Source of the DNA: a bacterium
Lineage (GTDB): Bacteria; UBP7; UBA6624; JBBIMK01
Reading direction: 5' to 3'
Length of the DNA: 9,632 bases
NCBI GenBank assembly: GCA_037444445.1
Contig: JBBIMK010000012.1
Location: forward strand, 26,176 to 35,807
The notes under the pieces were generated by a model. It did no database searches. It had not been told where the DNA came from and saw only the letters and a list, made by a program, of their open reading frames with translations. Shown here piece by piece: positions 5,351 to 9,632 of this stretch (positions are counted from its first letter, which is position 1; the number at the start of each line of letters is the position of its first letter). Made by a program: the position numbers and the translations under genes.

Positions 5351-7632
5351 CACTCCACGAGGAGGGTAGCAGATTGGGCTGAGCCGGAGGAGTTCACGCG
5401 GGTCTTTGCACCGTGCCGGTCGGAAAGTTCAAAGGATAAAAGATGGGAGCCGGAGGAGCCGAATTTCAGGGTGAAGGCGTGCCCGAAGGCATAAGGCGCC
5501 CCGTTTATTCGCAGTTGAGGAACATACGGGGCCTCACCCCCTGATAGACTATCCACGCGTAGATAAACGGGCTGACCGCGGGGAACTTTCTGCGTCGTCG
5601 GGAAATCTATCCACGCAGCGCCATCCAGAGAGAGTTGCGTCTGAAACACAAGAGGTTCAAACACCATCACCCGGATATAATCCCGAATGGTGAACCCACC
5701 GTCGGTGATGGTGAGGGTCACGAGATAATTCCCGGGTGAGGTGTAGGTGTGAGAAACCAGTTGTAAAGTGCCGTGAGGGGTTTCATCGCCGAAATCCCAG
5801 TCAAAAGCGGGTGAGGTCATATTTTCTACATAAGCGTTGAAGTATAAAGTTTTCGGCAGGACGCCATACCAGAGGTGCTTTCGTTGAGTGCAGGGGAGCC
5901 AGGGGCCGGTGATGGAGTCCGAGACCATAGTGCGCATCATCCGCCCGTTCATCATCCAGGGCTCGTGAACGACGAACGCCATATCCAGGTCTTCGGCATA
6001 TTCAGGGCCTCTGTAGGCTCGCAGTTTCGGCTGATACAGGGTGTAGGGAACACCTTTCGGGAAGTAGGTATGTCGGACGGTTTCGCCTTCCGAGTTGGGC
6101 GAGCCGTCATTCCATTCCCACTCAAACACTGTGATATCATCGCCCCAGCCTTCCGCATAAAAATTGGCAAAAGGCGGGTTCACATAATCGCTCTGGGAGG
6201 TTTTGAGGCGATTTTTCGGGTCCCTGCATCGCTCCATTAATCCCCACACCACGAGGTCGGTCAGGACACGAATCACCACTTCATCCCTGACCACCTGACC
6301 CGTAATGGAATCCGTTACAGTGCAGGTGGTGATATATCGTCCATTTTTTGCATACAGATGACTGGTGGTGGTCCCGGAGGCGTGGGGGCTTCCGTCGCCG
6401 AAATCCCAGTCAAGAGTGTAAGAGCCGGACCCCCCCACAACGCAGACGCCGAAATACACTGTATCCGATGGATGGATGGAGAGGGGTCCCTGCTGTCCGC
6501 CTGTGCAAGGTATGAACGGTGCTATATCCACCCGGGCATCCACTCGCAATGGCTGTATATCCTGAATATGTGAATCTGCAATGAGGATTCCTTCCACCTG
6601 CATCCTCTGCTTCTGCAAATCCACCTGAATTTTCCTGGTTTTGTAGTAAGAGTGGTTATACTGGAACACATCGCCCGGAGCGAGGGAGAGGTGCGGGAGG
6701 TTCAGAAATTTTAAGTGGGTCTTCGTTCCCCGGGAGAGGTCCAGCAGGCTTTGTGCGAACGCCTGAGCCAGGGGTTCTGCCACCCATAACCCTTTCATTT
6801 CCACCGTTTTTTCCACCTCACCGTAAACCCCGATGCTGGCATAATCCTTCCGGCTCACTTGATAGAACGGATGATTGCGAAACCAGGAATAATTCACGAA
6901 GAGGTGAATGTGATTGGCCAGATTTTCACCATCCACAAGAAAAGCCGGTGGCTCCTCCAGTTCACCCTTCTCCATCTCCGGGCGATAGACATCGTGGGAG
7001 CGTTCCGTAATCAGGTTCTGCTTCAGCACCAGTTCCTTCTTCGGAGTGAAGAAGATGTCCAGCCCGAACCACTCTCCTGCCTGAATCAAAAAGTGGAGCG
7101 TGTTCAGGGAATTGAGGAGTTCCAGGTTGGCTTTTACGCCGAAATAATCGTAGATACTGCGAGTCCACGCATTCACCCCGCTGAACCGAAAAAAGTTGGC
7201 ATACCGCTGGAGGATGTCGTGAATCACATCCACAGGATTGTAGAGGTCGCTTTCCGCATCAAAAGAGAGGTCGCCAGAAAACGGGCGAGTGGTCTTCACC
7301 CACGCCATTGCCGGACCGAAATTCAACCCCGTGGGGTCCAACTCCACCGGGTCATTCGGATGAATGCTTACCCCCTCCAAATCTGTCAAAGAAATACCAT
7401 TGATATATAATTGTGAGACGTTCAATAGGACTCTGTATGAAAGGACATATACAGAAGCATAGTCTGGGTCATACTGCTTACCTGGATTTTCCCATGCCTG
7501 GATGGCAAGAAACCTGCCCGGGGTTCGGGGTGAGGTGGCGGGTCCGTACACCACCGGGAGGGTGCGGGCAGGATGAAGTGCCCACGCCCCGAACACTTCT
7601 CCGAAAGTGGGGATATGCAACTCTTCCCTCAT
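5350..7632 (-). CDS. Phage tail-tip (lambda J / Phage-tail_3)-like N-terminal region fused to three PKD-type domains and a C-terminal Ig-like domain
   Basis: A 760-codon ORF with no signal peptide. The N-terminal ~350 aa (nt ~6583-7632) carry LPVVYG (aa 25-30) and NPVDVIHDILQRY (aa 132-144), reminiscent of the P(I/V)VYG and NPAxxxYDLLTNxRYG motifs of J-like host-specificity proteins. PKD signatures are YTLDWDFGDGSPHASGTTTSHLYAKNGRYITTCTVTD (nt ~6262-6486), FEWEWNDGSPNSEGETVRHTY (degenerate, nt ~5998-6171) and FDWDFGDETPHGTLQLVSHTYTSPGNYLVTLTITD (nt ~5662-5865). The SD is weak, with only AGGCAGG abutting the ATG. Confidence 0.55.
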   Translation of the reverse strand: MREELHIPTFGEVFGAWALHPARTLPVVYGPATSPRTPGRFLAIQAWENPGKQYDPDYASVYVLSYRVLLNVSQLYINGISLTDLEGVSIHPNDPVELDPTGLNFGPAMAWVKTTRPFSGDLSFDAESDLYNPVDVIHDILQRYANFFRFSGVNAWTRSIYDYFGVKANLELLNSLNTLHFLIQAGEWFGLDIFFTPKKELVLKQNLITERSHDVYRPEMEKGELEEPPAFLVDGENLANHIHLFVNYSWFRNHPFYQVSRKDYASIGVYGEVEKTVEMKGLWVAEPLAQAFAQSLLDLSRGTKTHLKFLNLPHLSLAPGDVFQYNHSYYKTRKIQVDLQKQRMQVEGILIADSHIQDIQPLRVDARVDIAPFIPCTGGQQGPLSIHPSDTVYFGVCVVGGSGSYTLDWDFGDGSPHASGTTTSHLYAKNGRYITTCTVTDSITGQVVRDEVVIRVLTDLVVWGLMERCRDPKNRLKTSQSDYVNPPFANFYAEGWGDDITVFEWEWNDGSPNSEGETVRHTYFPKGVPYTLYQPKLRAYRGPEYAEDLDMAFVVHEPWMMNGRMMRTMVSDSITGPWLPCTQRKHLWYGVLPKTLYFNAYVENMTSPAFDWDFGDETPHGTLQLVSHTYTSPGNYLVTLTITDGGFTIRDYIRVMVFEPLVFQTQLSLDGAAWIDFPTTQKVPRGQPVYLRVDSLSGGEAPYVPQLRINGAPYAFGHAFTLKFGSSGSHLLSFELSDRHGAKTRVNSSGSAQSATLLVE

Positions 7633-7674
7633 CCTGCCTAACAGGTTACTCCGATTTCAGCCGCATCAGAGGCT

Positions 7675-7700
7675 CACCCCCCTAGGGCGGGCGGGGGGTG
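7675..7700. other. GC-rich perfect hairpin in the divergent intergenic region
   Basis: CACCCCCC (7675-7682) pairs perfectly with GGGGGGTG (7693-7700), with a 10-nt loop TAGGGCGGGC. No U-tract follows on either strand, so it is not a canonical terminator. It lies about 45 nt upstream of the minus-strand ORF start. Confidence 0.4.
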
Positions 7701-7768
7701 TCTACCGCATCATTTCTGGCGTCCCGCTCAAAATTGAGCAGAAGTCATCACATCTTGTTCCCTGCCAC

Positions 7769-7798
7769 TTGACTTTTTACCACCCTTTCTGGTATAAG
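7769..7798 (+). promoter_or_regulatory. Sigma-70-like promoter with extended -10 for the lipoprotein gene
   Basis: TTGACT (7769-7774), an 18-nt spacer, then TATAAG (7793-7798), preceded by TG at 7790-7791 (extended -10 TGn). The SD GGAGGTGA (7807-7814) and ATG 7820 follow immediately. Confidence 0.5.
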
Positions 7799-7819
7799 CC
7801 AAAATCGGAGGTGATTGTA

Positions 7820-9632
7820 ATGAAAAAAGGGATGATTTTCTGGACGGTGGGGTGGCTTGCACTGGGGCAATTCTTTCTGCTTGCCTGCGGTGGGGGTGGC
7901 GGTGGCAGGGATTCCACTCCGCCGGTGATTAGCATTACATCTCCCGCAAGCGGACAGGATGTGTCGGGCACCATTACCATCACGGTCACTGCCACGGATA
8001 ACAGCGGAATCGTCGTAAAGGTGGAGTTCTTCGTGGATGGGAATAAAATTGGCGAGGATACTTCCTCTCCCTTTTCCATTGCGTGGAATACAATTGGCTC
8101 GCCAAACGGGGCTCATTCTATAACGGCGAAGGCGTATGACCCCTCTGCCAATTCCACTCTCTCTACTCCAGTGAGCGTTAATGTGAATAATGACTTCACT
8201 CCTCCGGAAACCATTATTGACTCCGGGCCCCTTTCTCGCACCCGGGAAACTTCAGCCACATTTGCCTTTCATGCGGAGGGCACCACTTATGAATGCAAAC
8301 TGGATATGGGGACCTGGGAAGCCTGCATTTCCCCGAAAGAGTATCCGGGTCCTCTTTCGGAAGGGTCTCATCACTTTGAAGTGCGTGCCACGGATGATGC
8401 AGGGAATACTGACCCGACGCCAGCCTTCCGGGACTGGACGATTGATACCACGCCACCTTCTGCTCCTGCTAATCTCAGCGCAATTTCGGGTGATGAGGAG
8501 GTGGCTTTAGATTGGGATGATGTCAGCGACCCCAACCCCGGGGGATACAATGTCTACCGCGCCATACCACCGGGCAGTTTCACCCTCATCAACCCCTCTC
8601 CTATCACTCAATCTCAGTTCACTGACACAGGTTTAGACAACGGAACCACCTATGAATATTATGTGAAAGCGGTAGATGATGTGGGGAATGAGAGTGCGAA
8701 TTCTAACACCACGCAGGCAACGCCTGAGCCGATATATCCGGAGACCAGCATAGACTCAAATCCGCCAGCGCTGACCAATCAGACCGATGCCACCTTTACC
8801 TTCTATGCCAGCGAGCCTTCTACTTTCCAATGCAAACTGGATGCAGGACCCACCTGGGAGGACTGCACCTCACCAAAGACCTATACGAATTTACCCGATG
8901 GACCTCATTCCTTTGCAGTGCGAGCTACTTCCATCGGGAAGGGGCGAACCGACCCCACACCCGCCATCTACGCCTGGACTGTGGACACTACACCTCCTAC
9001 CATCACCTTCACTTCCACACCTGGCAACCCCACGAACCAGACTTCCGCCACCTTTGAGTTCACCTCCACCAATACCACCTATGAATGCAAACTGGATGAC
9101 GGAAACTGGGAAGCCTGCAATTCCCCGAAAGAGTATCCGGGTCCTCTTTCGGAAGGGTCTCATCACTTTGAAGTGCGTGGCACGGATGATGCAGGGAATA
9201 CCGGCACTCCCGCCACCTATGACTGGACGATAGACATCACTCCGCCGGGTGCACCCTCTCTCACCAGCACCACTCCTCCATCCCCCTCCAACACCAGCAC
9301 CACACCCGTGATTAACGGAACCGCTGAAGCGGGCTCTACTGTCCGCCTCTACACCACCAATGATTGCACCGGCACGGAAGCCGGGACGGGGAATGCGGAT
9401 GATACCGGCGCCTTCGGCATCGGCGTTACCGTTGCTCCCAACTCCACCACCACCTTTTACGGCACTGCCACCGATGCTGCCGGCAATACCTCCTCCTGCT
9501 CTTCTGGCATCACCTACACCCACGACAACATCCCGCCGGGTGCACCCTCTCTCACCGGCACTACTCCCCCATCCCCTTCCAACACCAGCACCACACCCGT
9601 GATTAACGGAACCGCTGAAGCGGGCTCTACTG
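7820..9632 (+). CDS. Large modular cell-surface lipoprotein/adhesin (5' part; continues beyond the window)
   Basis: My hand translation from ATG 7820 is open for 604 codons to the window end. The gene is absent from the supplied ORF track. The N-terminus MKKGMIFWTVGWLALGQFFLLAC-GGGGGG is a lipoprotein signal with lipobox LLAC (Cys23). Modules in order: an Ig-like domain (nt ~7916-8185); Cys-pair module A1 (~8201-8449); an Fn3 domain containing YNVYRA...TTYEYYVKAVDDVGNES (~8450-8725); Cys-pair modules A2 (~8738-8989) and A3 (~8990-9238); then 97-aa Ig-like repeats (PVINGTAEAGSTVRLY...TATDAAGN) from 9242. Confidence 0.85.
   Translation, partial: MKKGMIFWTVGWLALGQFFLLACGGGGGGRDSTPPVISITSPASGQDVSGTITITVTATDNSGIVVKVEFFVDGNKIGEDTSSPFSIAWNTIGSPNGAHSITAKAYDPSANSTLSTPVSVNVNNDFTPPETIIDSGPLSRTRETSATFAFHAEGTTYECKLDMGTWEACISPKEYPGPLSEGSHHFEVRATDDAGNTDPTPAFRDWTIDTTPPSAPANLSAISGDEEVALDWDDVSDPNPGGYNVYRAIPPGSFTLINPSPITQSQFTDTGLDNGTTYEYYVKAVDDVGNESANSNTTQATPEPIYPETSIDSNPPALTNQTDATFTFYASEPSTFQCKLDAGPTWEDCTSPKTYTNLPDGPHSFAVRATSIGKGRTDPTPAIYAWTVDTTPPTITFTSTPGNPTNQTSATFEFTSTNTTYECKLDDGNWEACNSPKEYPGPLSEGSHHFEVRGTDDAGNTGTPATYDWTIDITPPGAPSLTSTTPPSPSNTSTTPVINGTAEAGSTVRLYTTNDCTGTEAGTGNADDTGAFGIGVTVAPNSTTTFYGTATDAAGNTSSCSSGITYTHDNIPPGAPSLTGTTPPSPSNTSTTPVINGTAEAGST
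8314..8409 (+). repeat. Intragenic near-identical repeat, copy 1 (module A1)
   Basis: This 96-bp segment matches 9106-9201 at 94/96 positions (offset 792 bp, which is 264 codons, in frame). The mismatches are at 8328 (t vs a) and 8388 (c vs g). Confidence 0.95.
9106..9201 (+). repeat. Intragenic near-identical repeat, copy 2 (module A3)
   Basis: See copy 1. Weaker similarity extends upstream to 9074 (matching 8282), including TATGAATGCAAACTGGAT. Confidence 0.95.
9242..9632 (+). repeat. Coding tandem repeat, 291-bp (97-codon) period, truncated by the window end
   Basis: 9242-9341 aligns with 9533-9632 with 4 mismatches in 100 bp. The last 55 bp are identical. Unit 1 spans 9242-9532, and unit 2 starts at 9533 and runs off the window. 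Confidence 0.9.

Noticed and set aside
5081-5353. A 90-aa minus-strand ORF overlaps the ddl end and the tRNA.
   Set aside because: It is antisense to a well-folded tRNA-Arg and to the ddl 3' end. It has no SD, so it is a spurious ORF.
5875-7410. Plus-strand ORFs lie inside the 760-aa gene (5875-6240, 6358-6573, 6753-7010, 6859-7410).
   Set aside because: They are antisense to a continuous 2.3-kb ORF with PKD signatures. They have no motifs and no SD. The 183-aa ORF is most simply a by-product of the long opposite-strand ORF.
5292-7819. I searched for a direct repeat of the tRNA 3' end (a prophage attL/attR signature) flanking the tail-like gene.
   Set aside because: By eye I found no copy of more than about 8 nt of the tRNA 3' segment in 5292-5349 or 7633-7819, so there is no evidence for a discrete integrated element bounded within this window.
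8314-9201. The near-identical 96-bp pair might be a diversity-generating retroelement template/variable repeat pair.
   Set aside because: Both copies lie in frame inside the same ORF as parts of homologous protein modules. The only two mismatches (t/a and c/g) do not follow the adenine-specific pattern of DGR mutagenesis. No reverse transcriptase or accessory gene is visible in the window.
8190-9233. Track ORFs 8190-8510 and 8787-9233 (+) share an identical peptide (PRKSIRVLFRKGLITLKCV...), which could suggest a duplicated small gene.
   Set aside because: They are off-frame readings of the intragenic DNA repeat inside the lipoprotein gene. The in-frame translation gives recognisable Ig-like and Fn3 modules, whereas these ORFs are Pro/Arg-rich with no SD.
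7748-9523. Minus-strand ORFs overlap the lipoprotein gene (7748-8116, 7777-8079, 8214-8456, and the 210-aa Gly-rich ORF at 8891-9523).
   Set aside because: The Gly-rich composition is the reverse complement of the Thr/Pro-rich (ACC/CCN) sense codons. The sense frame has a lipobox, an SD, a promoter and domain signatures.
9242-9632. The regularly spaced repeats might be a CRISPR array.
   Set aside because: The period is 291 bp, exactly 97 codons, within an open reading frame that encodes Ig-like domains and Thr/Pro linkers. The whole unit is repeated rather than short repeats separated by unique spacers.
7820-9632. N-x-S/T sequons are abundant (about 15 in 604 aa) in the lipoprotein, which could hint at N-glycosylation, and a sugar kinase is nearby.
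   Set aside because: The protein is strongly enriched in Asn, Ser and Thr, so this count is close to compositional expectation. The sequons lack a consistent acidic -2 residue, and no oligosaccharyltransferase is visible. The hypothesis cannot be supported from sequence alone.

Overview
This is a bacterial chromosomal window with GGAGG-type Shine-Dalgarno sites and several GTG starts. The left ~5.3 kb is a co-directional + strand block. It holds a BoxB/PaaA-like ferritin-fold di-iron protein (87-1763) and a GHMP-family sugar kinase (1882-2928). These are followed by a tightly packed trio: a small membrane-anchored or secreted peptidoglycan-binding protein (3026-3451), methionine aminopeptidase (3448-4221) and D-Ala-D-Ala ligase (4244-5161). 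A tRNA-Arg(CCG) with its own strong promoter follows (5219-5291). The tRNA marks the switch to an accessory-looking right half. That half holds a lone minus-strand 760-aa protein (5350-7632), which has an N-terminal region resembling phage tail-tip (lambda J / Phage-tail_3) proteins, followed by three PKD-type domains and a C-terminal Ig-like domain. It is transcribed divergently from a very large modular lipoprotein/adhesin gene that starts at 7820 and runs off the window. This gene was missing from the ORF track, presumably because no stop codon is reached. The adhesin gene contains a patch of near-identical DNA shared by two otherwise diverged modules, and a 291-bp tandem repeat array at the window edge. 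I see no CRISPR array, transposase, integrase, reverse transcriptase or recognisable defence genes. The best candidate for something unusual is the orphan phage-tail-like/PKD protein paired with the giant lipoprotein next to the tRNA. Any functional link between them is inference only.
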